DNA of 59,058 bases, filler included, from Sphacelaria rigidula (GCA_964200075.2; 9 parts of 9 records of this genome joined end to end with filler, not necessarily neighbours in it), one strand, 5' to 3'. Numbered from the whole stretch's first letter, positions 32,961-45,915 are shown. A program made the numbers and translations. Notes: a model not told the origin generated them from the letters alone.

Positions 32961-34665
32961 CAAGGGTAGGTCGAGTAGAGTATACTCAATACTCAGTTTT
33001 TTCAAGAGCCATACTTTCAGCACTCGAAGTTTGAGTAGAGTATTTGAGGTCGTACTCAACCCACTCAAATATTCGAGTAGAGTATTTGAGATCATACTCA
33101 GTCCACGTGAAATTTGAGTAGAGTATTGAGGTCATACTCAGGTGATACTCTATACTCAAGTATTACTGAGTGTGCTTACTCAATATTGGAGTTGAGAATT
33201 TGAGGTTGTACTCAACCTACTCAATTACACGAGTAGAGTATTTGAGATTATGCGCAGTCCACTCGAAATTTGAGTGAAGTATTGAGGTCATAATCAAGTG
33301 ATACTCTATACTCAAGTATTACTGAGAGTGCTTACTCGATATTGGAGTAGAGTATTTTGGGTCGTACTCGATCTACTCAAAATTTGAGTAGGGTATTGGG
33401 GGCCGTACTCAACGTAGTCAAAATTTGAGTAGAGTATTGAGGTCGTCCTCAAGTGATACTCTATACTCAAGTATTACTGAGAGTGCTTACTCAATATTGG
33501 AGTAGAGTATTTGAGGCCGTACTCGACGTACTCAAAATTTGAGTAGAGTAGTTGAGGACGTACTCGACCTACTTAAAATTTAAGTAGAGCATTTGAGGCC
33601 GTACCCGGCCTACTCAAAAATTGAGGAGAGTATTGGAGGCCGTGCTCGACCTACTCAAAATTTGAGTAGAGTATCTGAGGCCGAATCCAAGGTACCGAAA
33701 ACCTATAACTTCAGCTTCAGTATACAAGTTCGCACGCAAGATACTCAAACTCGGGTAGAGGAAATACCGAGGTATCCGTAGAGTTGCCCACCCATGATGA
33801 ATCTCCATTCAAGGTCAAACTTCAGCAAACATTCAGCTCAGAACCAAATGGCACAGAACTAGGGTAGAATGAATGTTGGGGTATTGTCGAAGGGCGTTCG
33901 GATTGTACCGTGTAAACTGGCGGGGGTACTGCAAATCGTCAAAATCGCGTCGAAAGATTGACAGTTGAAGTCTTGTGTATAGTCCATACCCGGGCATCCG
34001 GACACGTCACTGGATGTGTGACGCATTCCACCCGCCTGCAAGTAGGGAAAAGGGGAAACAGCTGATGACGGAAGGGGTCATGAGGCACATGATGACAGCG
34101 CCACAGAACAAGATTCAGGATTAACAATCTGTCGAGCACACACAAGAGACGCTTTTCCTATTTTTGTCATGACCATCATTCGCCCATACTCCTTGTTGGC
34201 TGTGATGTAACGCCGCCCATTTAAATGATGACCATCGTTCGCCCATGTATTCAACATAGTCTGTGAAGTGACGTCACGAGGTCGCCGACAGTCAGGGGTA
34301 CTCACCATACCCAAGGGGTAGTCTATACTCAAGTATTGCTGAGTGTGCTTACTCAATATTTGAGTAGAGTAGTTGAAGTCGTACTCGATCTACTCAAAAA
34401 CTGAGTAGAGTATTTGAGATCATACTCAACCTACTCAAAATTTAAGTAGAGCATTTGAGGCCGTACTCGACGTACTCAAAATTTGAGTAGAGTATCGGGG
34501 TCATTCTCAAGTGATACTCTATACCAAAGGATTACTGAGTGCTTACTCAAAATTTGAGTAGAGTATTTGAGGCCGTACTCGACCTACTCAAACGTCGAGT
34601 AGAGTAAATACATGAGTATTTTACTCGAGTACTCAAACGTACATACTCTACTCGACCTACCCTCG
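32961..34665 (+). mobile_element. Non-autonomous hAT element with 8-bp TSD and large subterminal arrays
   Basis: 23-bp TIR C(A/G)AGGGTAGGTCGAGTAGAGTAT. Perfect TSD AAATAATG at 32953-32960 and 34666-34673. ~41-bp tandem units at both ends around a ~550-bp core. Confidence 0.92.
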
Positions 34666-35164
34666 AAATAATGTGAACATGTAGTTCCCCACCTGCCTTT
34701 TCATGGGGCGCGACTCTTCGGTGGCGCGACCCTTTCGCCGGTGGGGTAGGCGAACAAAAACGTACAGGTCGCGAACCCCTCAAGAGCCAAATCCGCGATA
34801 AACCCAGTTTCATTTTTTGTACTCACACGTAACACATCAAGTATAGTGCAACACACGCGCCTGCGTGCCCAGAGCGATCTTTCTGGCTAATTTTTTCCCT
34901 GAGCTATGCTATTGACAGCCTTTGTGATTAAACGTTGTGCTCTGCGGTACAGTTGACCTTAACATACTGTACGCAATACCACCAAGACTTGCGAAGAGCA
35001 CAACACCAGCACGAGTCGCCCTCGCATGCTCGCGGGAGTTTTGGGGAAACCTCCGGCAGCGTACTCTGCAGTGCGCGGACGGTACGGTACAGCATGGCAC
35101 AGCACGCATCTGCGCGCCTAGAGTGATTATTCTAGCTGTTCATTCGTCCATGCCTCATACTGCA

Positions 35165-35750
35165 TGAATCACGCGATTCATGTACATGGTTTCCACCTCG
35201 CGCTCGTGAGCGTGAATCATAGATACATGTTTCCTACTTTTCATTCGTAGGAGATGAATCAAGCGTACATGTATCTCCCCTTCCATCCATGCAGCATGAA
35301 TCAAAGACACGCGTTCTGCACCTTTCATTCATACGACGTGAATCACACGTACATGTTTCCCCATTTCCGTTCATGCGGCATGAATTATACGTACATGTCC
35401 TCCGCCTTCCATCCTTACGAGTTGAATCAAGCGTACGTGTTCCCCCCATTCTCCGTTCATGCAGCATGAATCATACGTACATGCTCCCCACGTTCCGTCC
35501 ATACGGGATTAATCATACGTGGATCTTTCCCACCCATCATCCGTACAGGAATTGCGATTCGTACATATGTTGCATGCACTCTTGATTCGTCCAATACTGC
35601 TTGGAGTGTACACATTCCCAGTTCGTGATCCGTGCGGTATGACCTTGAAGTACATCTTCACCATCCGTGATTCATGCGGGATGACTCTTTGGTGCAATGA
35701 TTCGCATTCAACATTCATGGGAAGTCAACCCGTATGGACTCTGATTCGTC
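35165..35750. repeat. 42-bp minisatellite with TGAATC core
   Basis: Cores at 35213, 35255, 35297, 35339, 35381, 35423, 35467 and 35509. The motif appears inverted (GATTC) after ~35555. Confidence 0.85.
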
Positions 35751-35844
35751 CGGACCGTGCAATAATTGAAAGCAAGCAGGTGAAGAAAAAATGATATTTT
35801 CCGAAAGAAAAATACAAACCTTTTCCAACCTCCCCCCCCCTCCA

Positions 35845-36410
35845 AAATACCTGGAGATATACGGGTGGTTGAGAGAGGGGATCGGAGTGAAAACATCTCT
35901 GCATGGCTCCATGGACGCGGCGAAAGCATTGAAACTGCGATTTCGGGTGGGGGACCCGGACCTGCCAGAAAGAAGGAAGTAGATGGACATGACTGCCTCC
36001 GTGGCGAAGTAATAGAGAACAGAAGTCATATAGTGGCAGAATGTGACTATACAAGGATATAAACGGGACGTGCTCGAGAGGGAAATGCGGGACGTGAACG
36101 AAGGTGGCATGAAATCGTTCGATGCATGAGACAGTAGCGAGAAAACGACCGTTGTACGAGGAGATAGATGGTGGCCATAGACGGCGAAACAGGACGGGGA
36201 TAAGATATGTATAAGGTTTTTGTCAATGTATGGAAGAAACGGAATAAGCTGCGGAAGAAACGGAACAAGCTGCGGAAGAAACGTAATGAGCGCCGGAAGG
36301 TTGGAGGTGTCTCTATTAGGAGCAGGATCGGTGCTCCGTCTCGAAAGGGATGCGTGGTCAATGGTCACACGACTAAGGCAAGCAACACATGAGAACGCCC
36401 CCCCCCCCGC
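35845..36410 (+). mobile_element. LINE 3' end (ORF2 C-terminus and 3' UTR) ending in oligo(C)
   Basis: LKLRFRVGDPDLPERRK, then DCLRGEVIENRSHIVAECDY (degenerate CCHC). Longest member of the dispersed family. Confidence 0.75.
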
Positions 36411-36463
36411 CCAACCGCCCGTCACCTTGCACCACCGCCATTTGTACGCATATATATGTACAG

Positions 36464-36663
36464 CTTCTGGAACGAGATGCCGTCAACATGGAGCTGCGAT
36501 TTGACCTGGAGGCACGGGCCGCAGAAGCGGAGCGTTTAAGGAGGAGGACTAAAGAATTGCAGCTCGACCTTAAGAAATCAGGCGGCGGTAGTGGCGGAGG
36601 TGGGGGAGGGGGAAAGGGTAGCCCTGGGGCACGCCCTGCGGGAGGCCGCTTTAAGCGGGAGAG
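36464..36663 (+). CDS. Isolated exon of a coiled-coil protein
   Basis: TACAG acceptor, AG|GTGGG donor. Encodes LLERDAVNMELRFDLEARAAEAERLRRRTKELQ, a Gly-rich linker and RFKRER. Confidence 0.7.
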
Positions 36664-37100
36664 GTGGGTAGGATGTGCGTTTTCTTCTCCGTTTATGTGA
36701 CAAATGAGCAATGCTACGGTAGAGGTTGCACGTTTTTAGCGAAATATTTTCTCGGGGCTGCTCGGGGTGTTGGACGGATCATTTTGAGAGTCGGCATCGC
36801 TTTTACTTGAAAAAAATGCTGAAAATGATGCCGATTCACGAAAAGGCCCCTCCCTGCGTGCAAACACCAATGTTTCTCCGAGTCCTGTCCCCCGAGATTT
36901 GTGTTGCACAGTAAGCTCCATACATTTGGGCTCCTATATAAAAAGAGACCCAGAAACGACAAGTGCAACCCCTACCGTAGCATTGCTAAAATGTTTCATC
37001 TGGTTTTTTTGTAACCTCCCTGCCTTGGGGCATGTCTATACATTGATAGTCTCAAGTGAGGGGCCCATACCTCTTTCCCTCTCTCTCTCTGCCTCTCGCT

Positions 37101-37520
37101 GACGCTTTCTACGATGCCCCCCCCCCCCCCCCCCCCCCCCCCGGCGCCCGGTTGGGGGGGCGCGCCGCAACCCCCCCCCCCAAAGACAAAAAAACACGGA
37201 AAACAAGCGCNNNNNNNNNNCCTTGCCCTCTTCCCCCTTCCCTCCCCCCCTCCTCCCCTGGCTCGTTATTTCCCCCCCCCCCCCCCCCCCGAGAAAAGTG
37301 GTTGGTTTGGGAAGGCAAAATCTTCACGTAACTCGAAATGAGAAAAGCCGAGCACAATGAGCAGCTGGGAATGCCCACGCTTGGGTTTCGTTCTCGCCAA
37401 TGTCGCCAATATGAGGCGCTCCATGCACAGCCTGAACCCAAACATCAGGCGCTGTACGGACATTTGTTTCGTGACACTTTTGGGCTGGTGTTGCGGGGGG
37501 GGGCTATCGTAGAAAGTGCC
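37101..37520 (+). mobile_element. GRCAC-terminus MITE, TSD CGCT
   Basis: Ends GACGCTTTCTACGAT and ATCGTAGAAAGTGCC. CGCT at 37097-37100 and 37521-37524. Interior is low quality (C-runs, Ns). Confidence 0.75.
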
Positions 37521-38185
37521 CGCTCTACCCTCTCTCCTGGCACTTCACGTGATTTCCTGCCTCTGCAATCTACGTGCTGTCGCGGCGTCGGATCAGCACT
37601 CCAGCAGTGGGACGGTCGCCCTCCACTGCATGCTTACTATTGTTTGCCCGCGCGCGTTGTAATGAATTAGAACGACACAGGCCGGGCAGTGAAGACTGCA
37701 GGACTGTCGGAATTCCAAGACATGACATCATCCCACGCTGATCTTGATGCACCAGTTTAACCATCGGATCGCGCGGCCGAGCACTCTTTGTTTAGCACGA
37801 AAACAGCTTCTTACGAATATTAGCAAACGAAACCAACAGAACTGTCTTTGCCGTTTCCGACACGCAACATATTGTCGCTGGAGTCCTAACAACAGCCCGT
37901 GGGCGGCGTTCATCTCTGTGTATCACACCATGGACAATGAATATATGGTCAATGGGTGCAAATTTGGTGAGTCACCTTTCATCCCCAAGTGTTTTTTTTA
38001 CAGTTTATGATAACCCACTCTCAAACACGACCAGACTCTCAATCTCACGAGAGCATGGTTACGTGAATTAGTGTGTCATCTCGCAAAGGAGTGGTGGGGA
38101 ATGAGTACCGTGGTCCGTCCGACCAGCAAAGAGCAGCGCATATATCACACACCTCCACGCGGAAGCCCGTGCGCTCGCGATGATA

Positions 38186-39003
38186 CAGGCTAGCTCAGGG
38201 TGCGATAGTTCACGCCGTTTCTTCCAGTTAGCCCCTGAGAATTTGCGCACGGGGGCTCTGAGATATTTAGAAACGGTGATTCCATTGGGTCTTTCGGGGG
38301 GGGGGGTTTCCGCCAGATAATCCGGGGTCATAGGAATCGGTGTCAGACACCGCCTCCCGGGACCCCGGATATCTGGCGAGGAGAAAAAATTCAAAAGGCC
38401 CCACGACTACAGCCTTTCTAAATATCTCAGAGCATCCGTGTGCAAAATTTCAGGGTCTAACTCGAAAAAACGGCGTCATTATCGCCCGTATGTGTATTGA
38501 AGTATACAACAGAACGCGGAAAACCCCTAATTACTCGATTAGAGTATGCTACCGACGTTATCCTTGTGCGCTAGGGCTTAAATCGGCATTTCCGGATAAT
38601 CTTTTCGAGTTACGCAACGAAATTTTGTACAAACGTTCCTTGGACGACCTCGGGATGAATCAAAATCGATGTTTCATATCGAGATAATATGTACCGACTT
38701 CTGGAGGGTTTTCACGCTTGGACCCCCGGAAGCCGGTGGAGAGCAGATAAACTTCGAAAGATTCTTCAACATTTTTTTTTTTTCGTTGTAAAGACCCATT
38801 GGGAAGCGCCTGAGTGGCCGAGAATCGTTTTCACTACCAGCGCCACGGCAGAGGACGCAAACAGAAAATCCGGCCATGTCACACTTTTAGCTTGCTCGTG
38901 GGGCTCTTCATGATGCCAAACATGTTTCTATCGGGTCAGTTTTGCGTTCTACTGTATATCTAGTGGGGGGAAAAGTTTTGTGCGTTCACCCTGAACCAGC
39001 CTG
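38186..39003. mobile_element. Tc1/mariner-type MITE with TA flanks
   Basis: TA|CAGGCTAGCTCAGGGTG ... CACCCTGAACCAGCCTG|TA. Internal ~63-bp inverted repeat (38211-38273 vs 38415-38477). Confidence 0.75.
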
Positions 39004-39269
39004 TAGCGTGCACCCCATCAGTCTGTCTAAGCTACGTAGGATGTCTAAAGTCACGACATGTCCGCGTGGTGGTTGACGTTCATCATGAGCTACTGGGGGG
39101 GGGCGTACTCATTTGTTGCATGAGCTACTGGGGAGGGGGGGGGGCTGCGTTTCCACCTCCCTCCGCCTCCCCGGCCATATCTTCCCTCCCGTGCGTGCAC
39201 ACTATCCTTTCCCGTCCTACTTGGGGGAGAATGGACCAAGACGCGGGCCTGAGTCACAGTTGAACAGAT

Positions 39270-39342
39270 GGGGGCGTTCTCATGTGTTGCTTGCCCTAGT
39301 CGTCTGACCATTGACCACGCATCCCTTTCGAGACGGAGCACC
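39270..39342 (-). mobile_element. Oligo(C)-ended LINE 3' end at contig edge
   Basis: Same ~70-bp core. A shorter piece lies at ~39095-39120. Confidence 0.8.
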
Positions 39343-40212
39343 NNNNNNNNNNNNNNNNNNNNNNNNNNNNNNNNNNNNNNNNNNNNTTAATTAATTAANN
39401 NNNNNNNNNNNNNNNNNNNNNNNNNNNNNNNNNNNNNNNNNNAACAAAAGCTGCTGAGGTCCATGTGCCCGTGATGGGAGGAGTCCACATGGCGATCTGA
39501 TCGAGTAGCTGTAAGGGCATGGCAATGATGAGACGAAGAAAAGCACACGCGGAATGAAAAAGTGGCCAAGTCAAAGCGAACGATCAAAGCCACTCTCAAT
39601 CCGCACCCAACTCTCAATCTCACGAAAACTTTGTTCTGTTTCTCCGCTACTCATCTCCTGCGGTAACCCATCTCTGATGGGCCCAAGCCTGGAGTCTCGC
39701 TCTTGCAGCGAAATTAGTCGTGTCTTATCCGTCAGAATCGCTCTCGTCTGCTCGAGAACGGTCTGAGGGTCACCCCTACCTGGTATCCCCCCCCACCAGG
39801 ATTTTGGTTTGACTTCTGCTCTGCCTCGTGAGCCGACGAACGAGTTACGCGGGGCGGCTCCCCAAGTCTCTGGTAACTCTGCTTCGTCACGAGGCCACAT
39901 CGCAGCGAGGGTGCTCAAATCCTCATCCTCACTCTGGGTCTGAGTCATGCTAAACAAAACTTCCGCTTCCACTTGATAGGACTACCTTCATCCTCCACGG
40001 GTGAACGAAATTAGCCGCAGTCCCTAGCATAGCGTCCTTATTCACCGTGGGTGTTGTCTCGTAAAAGTCAAGGGTACTCGCAACCTTCACGAAATGGACT
40101 CTTCCACCTCGACTGCTTCTTCCCACCCACGTGCGACCGCCCATGGGGTCTGAATTTTTCGTGCATTGGTTTCCCTTTCTTCAGCCGAGAACGAGATAAC
40201 CCGGGTTTCGGA

Positions 40213-40513
40213 TCTGTAGACTCCGGGCAACATTGTTACCTTGATTCGGTTCATGACTGCAGTGAAGGAAATCCGTAGGAGGTGATTTTAGGCTGGTTGA
40301 TGGGTAGCGGGTCTGAGATTATGATCGGTGGACTCCGCGATGTATGATGTACGCAATACGAGGAGAGCCGGTCACTTCTGGTTTTAACGAAAACGATTGT
40401 TTGTATAACTGCTTTTGTCTTGAATGAAGTCTCTGGAGCCAGTGACAGGGAGGAAGCCTCTGAAGCAGCACTGTGACCTTGTTCTGCTGTCCAGGAGGGG
40501 TCACGTTTACTCA
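40213..40513. mobile_element. Degenerate solo LTR (family A)
   Basis: Collinear with 45323-45617. Possible imperfect TSD TCGGA/TCAGA. Confidence 0.65.
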
Positions 40514-41096
40514 GAAAACTTGTCGTTTCTGGATTGGGGTTGTGAAGCCGCACTCCTTACAGTCACGTTGAAAAGCAGGAGGGGAGGAAGCGGCGGAGAG
40601 AGAGGCGCTGGTCATACATCCCAAGGCGGCTGAAGTACAGAAGCCTATTCGAAGGGTGGCAGCGCGCAGGAGGATGGTAGGAGTAGAGCCGAGAAGGTGC
40701 TGAGGTAGTGCTAGGGTGCGCTTTAGTATCGGTTGATCGCCAGCTGTTGCCCGGAGAGCCTGCCAAGAAAACGGGGCGCAATTACTACCTGTGAGACGGG
40801 ACAATTGCGAGAGTGATGCTTCAAGGTTGGCCAGCCGCGATCAAGAAGAAGAGTCTCAGGCTTTCAAACACGTGGCGAGACCTGCGTGAGGAAGAGGCGC
40901 TGTCGCCATTGTCATTTGGTGGTCAGGGCGTCTTGGTGTGTGGAAAGTTGTTATTTCTGTGATTGAGAAACAACGCCGATTTTTCTGCAACCGCTGTTGA
41001 GCTGTTGAGGTGTTGCTTTGTGAATGTTCACCATGTACACATGTCGTGGTGACTCGGCGCTTGATGAGCAGCATGGAGGTAGCGGCTATCGACTTC

Positions 41097-41370
41097 TGTC
41101 ACTCAAGATCAGATCGCCATGTGGACTCCTCCCATCACGGGCACATGGACCTCAGCAGCTTTTGNNNNNNNNNNTTTGTTATTCATGTATTAACCCTCAG
41201 CATAGTACAGGAGAACAGGACCATAGCCTCTCTCCACCAGAGCAGCAAAACCAAGCCTCACGTCATGGACGTCACCCATCATAGTGTCCGGCAATCAGAC
41301 CCGCAACTCCACCTGTACAACGTCCCTAACCTTAGGTAACAATGGTGGCTAGAGTCTGCAGCACCCACAA
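41097..41370 (+). mobile_element. LTR-like repeat (family B)
   Basis: Starts TGTCACTCAAGATCAGA. Collinear with 44135-44398 and inverted with 39443-39505. Confidence 0.65.
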
Positions 41371-41379
41371 AGCTCTCTA

Positions 41380-41642
41380 GGCACTTTCTACGATAGCCCC
41401 CGCCCAAAACCAGCTAAAGTGTCACCAAACAGAATGCCATGCAGCGCCTGATGATCGGGTTCAGGCTGCATGAAGCGCCTCATATTGGCGACATTGGCNN
41501 NNNNNNNNGACATTGGCTAGAACGAACCCAAGCGTGAGAATTCCCAGCTTCTCGTTGTGCTCGGCTTTTCCCATTTCAATTTACGTGAAGATGTCGCCTC
41601 CCAAAACCATGCACTTTTTTGGGGGCTATCGTAGAAAGTGTC
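41380..41642 (-). mobile_element. GRCAC-terminus MITE, TSD TCTA
   Basis: GGCACTTTCTACGATAGCCCC ... GGGGCTATCGTAGAAAGTGTC. TCTA at 41376-41379 and 41643-41646. Confidence 0.88.
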
Positions 41643-42064
41643 TCTACTACCAACAAGTAGTTACTTCAGAGATCGACAAACTCAGACATCATTGGTGCCT
41701 GATAGTATCGTCGTTTCCCGCAAAGAATAAGATCTCTTCCGCTGCTTTCGACAACAGCTCCATACAAGCTTGCCCCACTTCCGAACAACTCGCACGAGAT
41801 CCCAAGAAAATATCGTCCATCATGAACATGAAATCACGCCAAATTCTCAAATCTTCGCCCAAAACAAGTCTCTTGACTCTTCATCGGCACGAAATCGGAA
41901 ATGTCAGCGAACGTCAAATTCCAGAGGATTCGTGACTCATCGTCCCTCTCATCCGAGACAAGGTACGTTTCGACATACAAAACGCACTCTTTGTACGTTC
42001 GACACCGGCGCGACGGAGTGCAACAGCCAAATGATACATCGCCCTCACGCTAGAAGAAAATAAG

Positions 42065-43663
42065 CAGGGATGTGCACGGATTAAGAATAAATCCGCGGAG
42101 CGGAATGTTACGGTGCGGTTTGTCAATCCGCACCGCTCCGTGGTAGTTGTAGGGGGCGGATATCCGCTCCGTGACAATCCGTGATTTCTCCAACTGGCGG
42201 ATATCCGCTCCGTACCACATTCGAAATATCCGCTCCGCACCATGACATTTTCGTTGACAAATATCCGCTCCGCAATAATCCGTGAATTGTCCGATGTACG
42301 GATATCCACTCCGTGACAATTGAAAAAACCGCTCCGCTCCGTGTAGATTACATGCGCGGTTGAAACCGTGAAACGCGGTTTCTGAGGTGCGGTTTTATCC
42401 ACTCTGTAGGTAATCCGTGCGTCCTCCGTGACATAACTTACGGATCGAATCGCTAAAGAGACACGGATTTCCACGGACGAATTTGTTCTGAATGCCGGAA
42501 AAATCAGAATTCGAAGTATAAGAATATCGTTCTGGATAAGCAAAACGCCGGTACGGTTCAGAAAGTCTGCACTCCGTACTCCATTCGTGCGTTCTCCGTA
42601 GCCTATCTCAGATCAAACCGCTCAATGAATTTCTGAATTTTCGCATGTAGTAGTAACCGTCGTTAGCGCTCAAAAGTCCTGGCGACGATACATATCGGGA
42701 AGAGAAGCAGGTTGTGTTGACATGACAAACCTCACTTAGTTGGCGTTGTCGGGGTGGCACGGGGTATGTGCCTTGTTCATCGGGGGGTGTTATCGACCGT
42801 CACTCGTCCGGGAAATAGTTTTCTCAGCTGTAACCCGACGGTGCATGGTCTGCATTTCGCTGGGGTGAGGATCAGGTTCTGCATTCCGTCAGAGTTTTTG
42901 TCAGAAAAAGGTGAGAATTACAAAAAAAACTTATTTCATTTGTTCACAAGAACGAGTGGGGTTGCTTCAATCAAGCAAAAATGCTCGAGGGTCAAAACCT
43001 GGGGCTGGGCAGTCTCGGGACCCCCGAAAACCGATCATCCTGTATTTTGGAATGTGGAGGGGATGCCTAGTACATCCTCAAACTTTGGAATCAAATGTCC
43101 ACTGGCATTGGCGGTGGTACGCGAAAACACTTTTGAATATCCCCGACTACGAAAGCACAACAAAAATCTCCCTTTTCAGTTGAAAACTCCCGTGCTGCTA
43201 TTGACGTCATTCTTGAGGAATGTATTCCGTTCCATTTTCTTGTGGTGGAAAGCCTCAGTCCTAGATCAAGCGCTGCTGCTGCTGTTGCGCGTCTGTCACC
43301 TCGCCCCCCGTCACCCTGTCCTTGTTGGGTGGCATTCATAATTCAAATTTGTACAGTCATTATTCTCGATTAGTTTTTTATTTTTTCTCCAGGGTTCTTG
43401 ACTTTCCACCTGCGCTATTTAATACGCCGTCCCCCCTGTACAGAAGATGGAAATCAAAGCAAAACAATTCCTTTCGTACTTTTTGGTATTTATCCGCAGA
43501 TATCCATACATATTTCGCGGATAACCGTATCGTTTGCACGGATTACTGCGACGGTGCACCGCGGATAATTGCCATGGTTTGTGCGATTTGTTCCACGGAG
43601 GGGGGGGGCAAACCGCTCAGTGAAAAAATTCATGCCACGGATTTGAAAATCCGCACATGCATG
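42065..43663 (-). mobile_element. hAT-derived element with ATCCGCTCCG arrays and transposase remnant
   Basis: CAGGGATGTGCACGGATT left end; degenerate right end. Minus-strand BED-like CCAF/..YSKVFSRTTANASGHL, then FCLIEATPLVLV and LFPGRVTV. No TSD seen. Confidence 0.6.
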
Positions 43664-44134
43664 CCGCTATTTTACTCAGCACATGTAATGTCACCTTCCT
43701 CGCCGTAAATACCATGCATCTTCCGTGCCAACCAGATCAGCACAACACACACATGCCAAATATTCACGTGTACAGTTTTACCCTGCACACGCGATACGAT
43801 CATATTCGCTCAACAACCATGTTTCATGCGCAAACATGACCACAAACCACACAATAACAAGGTGCAATCATTCTCAAAACGATTCCCGAATGCCAGTAAT
43901 AATGTGTTTCGCCATTCTCAACAGGCACTCAATCACCTCAGCACTTACTCCTCAACATGAGGACCCAACTCGGCGCTCACCACAACAGAAAGAACCTCAG
44001 GTAATGCCTTCTTTGTAGTCCTCCAGCCCGCTCCTGAGAAACAGCAGCACTCGAATCACAACCCCGTGCACAGCGTAGAGCAGCGTTTCCTCTCGAACAC
44101 TCGCTCCTCGCACCTGTAGTTCATTATAAACGTC

Positions 44135-44398
44135 CGTCACTCAAGATCAGATTGCTATGTGGACTCCTCCCATCACGGGCACATGTACTTCAGCAGCTTT
44201 AGTTATTCATGTGTTAACCCTCACCATAGTACAGGAGAACAGGACCATAGCCTCTCTCCACCAGAGTAGCAAAACCGGCTCTATTCGTCATGGAGGTCAT
44301 CATCACAGAGTCCGGCAATCAGACCCGCAACTCCACCTACAATGTCCCTGTTGGCTAGAGTCTGCAGCACCTTATATAACAATGGTGGCTAGGTCTAC
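44135..44398 (+). mobile_element. LTR-like repeat (family B)
   Basis: Collinear with 41097-41370. Confidence 0.65.
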
Positions 44399-45322
44399 AC
44401 GCCATGTGTCCAGCAACAGCTCCCACCCTCGCGGAGCGGCTCAGCTCGCCACTTAACGGTATATCCACGCCGCCGAACCAATGCGACAAGCCATCTGCCC
44501 CCACACTTGCGCATTCACGAAAGCTCGTTTTTCAGTAGCTTTTTCAGAGGAAACAAGAGGCGAAACGAGAGCATCCACACAGTCCCTCACAGCAACACCC
44601 CCTGATGGCATCACGCCATCCTCCCCCAGCACCTGACCATACAGCGGCGAAGACACCGCAATCAACGCCGTCAACGACGCGAAACCTATCCATGCATACA
44701 GCAGTGCACACGACCACCCCAACACCATGCGGCGCTCGTCGTTGCCGTCAGAATTGTGGTCGCTAACAGCATCACGAGCTTGCAGCTCGCTCTGCGTACC
44801 CGCTTCACGCCGGTCACACGCTCCTGTTGTTTCAATCATGCAAGGCGTGTCCACAGCTACGCGCTGCTCCGGCGGCAATTCCGCCAACCCGGCATCCACC
44901 TGTTCTTCAAGCAGACCTCCCTGCAAGTCATCTGAACGATCTCCCGCCATGTCACTGGCGCAGATAGATTCACCATGAGCACGGCAATCTCCTTGCTCAC
45001 CCTGCTCGTTCGCAAAACGCGAAGAATACCCCCCTCCCTGAAGCTTCGAGCATGCAAGGAGTATCTCCAGCTACGCGCTGGTCCGGCGGCAACAAGCAAC
45101 TGGGACCTCGGCCCATCAGTACTTGCTCATTGGCCCATGCAGGCCTCGCCCTCTCAACATCGCCAGTAGCAGCAGCAGCAGTATCACCCATACTCGCTAC
45201 AGTCGCCACCTCTTGTCCGGCTTGCTCCTTGACGTCAGTAGCGGCAACGCCTCTAGCGCTCTCGTGCCTGTCAACTCGGACTAACGATGGGTGTGTGAGT
45301 TCTTCGCCTCTTCCAACAGCAC

Positions 45323-45617
45323 TGTGTAGACTCCGGGCAGCATTATTACCTATTACTGCAGTGGAGAAATGCTTAGCAAGCGTTTATATGCTGGTTGATG
45401 CGTACCGGGTCTAAGAGTATGATCGGTGGACTCCGTGATGTATGATATATACAGAATGAGGCAGGCCGATCGATTCTGGTTAACGAAGACTGCTGTTTGT
45501 ATAACTGCTTGAAGTCTTGAAGTCTTTGGAGCCCGTGACAGGGAGGAAGCCTCTGGAGCAGCACTGTAACCTTGTTCTGAATCGAGGCAGGTTCATCATA
45601 AACGTTTATCCTCCTCA
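45323..45617. mobile_element. Solo LTR (family A) with 5-bp TSD
   Basis: TG...CA termini. AGCAC at 45318-45322 and 45618-45622. Confidence 0.85.
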
Positions 45618-45736
45618 AGCACCCGACCGTGCAGCGGCATAGACACCTCGATCAACGCCGCCAAGTACGACAAATCTGTCATTGTAAAAATCAGTACATA
45701 CGACGACCCGAACACTGCGCAACGCTCGACGTCACT

Positions 45737-45915
45737 GGTACTTTCTACGATAGCCCCACCCCCAAAAATGCATGGGTTTGGGAGGAACAATCTTCACGTA
45801 AAGCCGAGCACAACGAGAAGCTGGGAATTTCGACGCTTGGGTTCGTTCTAGCCAATATCGCCAATATGAGGCGCTTCATGCAGCCTGAACACAAACATCA
45901 GGCGCTGTATGGCCA
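45737..45915 (+). mobile_element. GRCAC-terminus MITE, truncated by gap
   Basis: GGTACTTTCTACGATAGCCCC start; body matches 48653-48897. Confidence 0.8.

Noticed and set aside
32961..35750. CRISPR-like arrays in the 41-bp and 42-bp repeats
   Set aside because: No unique spacers; the first lies inside a TSD-bounded transposon and the second is a minisatellite.
41097..44398. Intact LTR retrotransposon bounded by the two family B repeats
   Set aside because: The repeats are visibly diverged, there is no shared TSD, and the interior is mostly other elements with no clear gag-pol.
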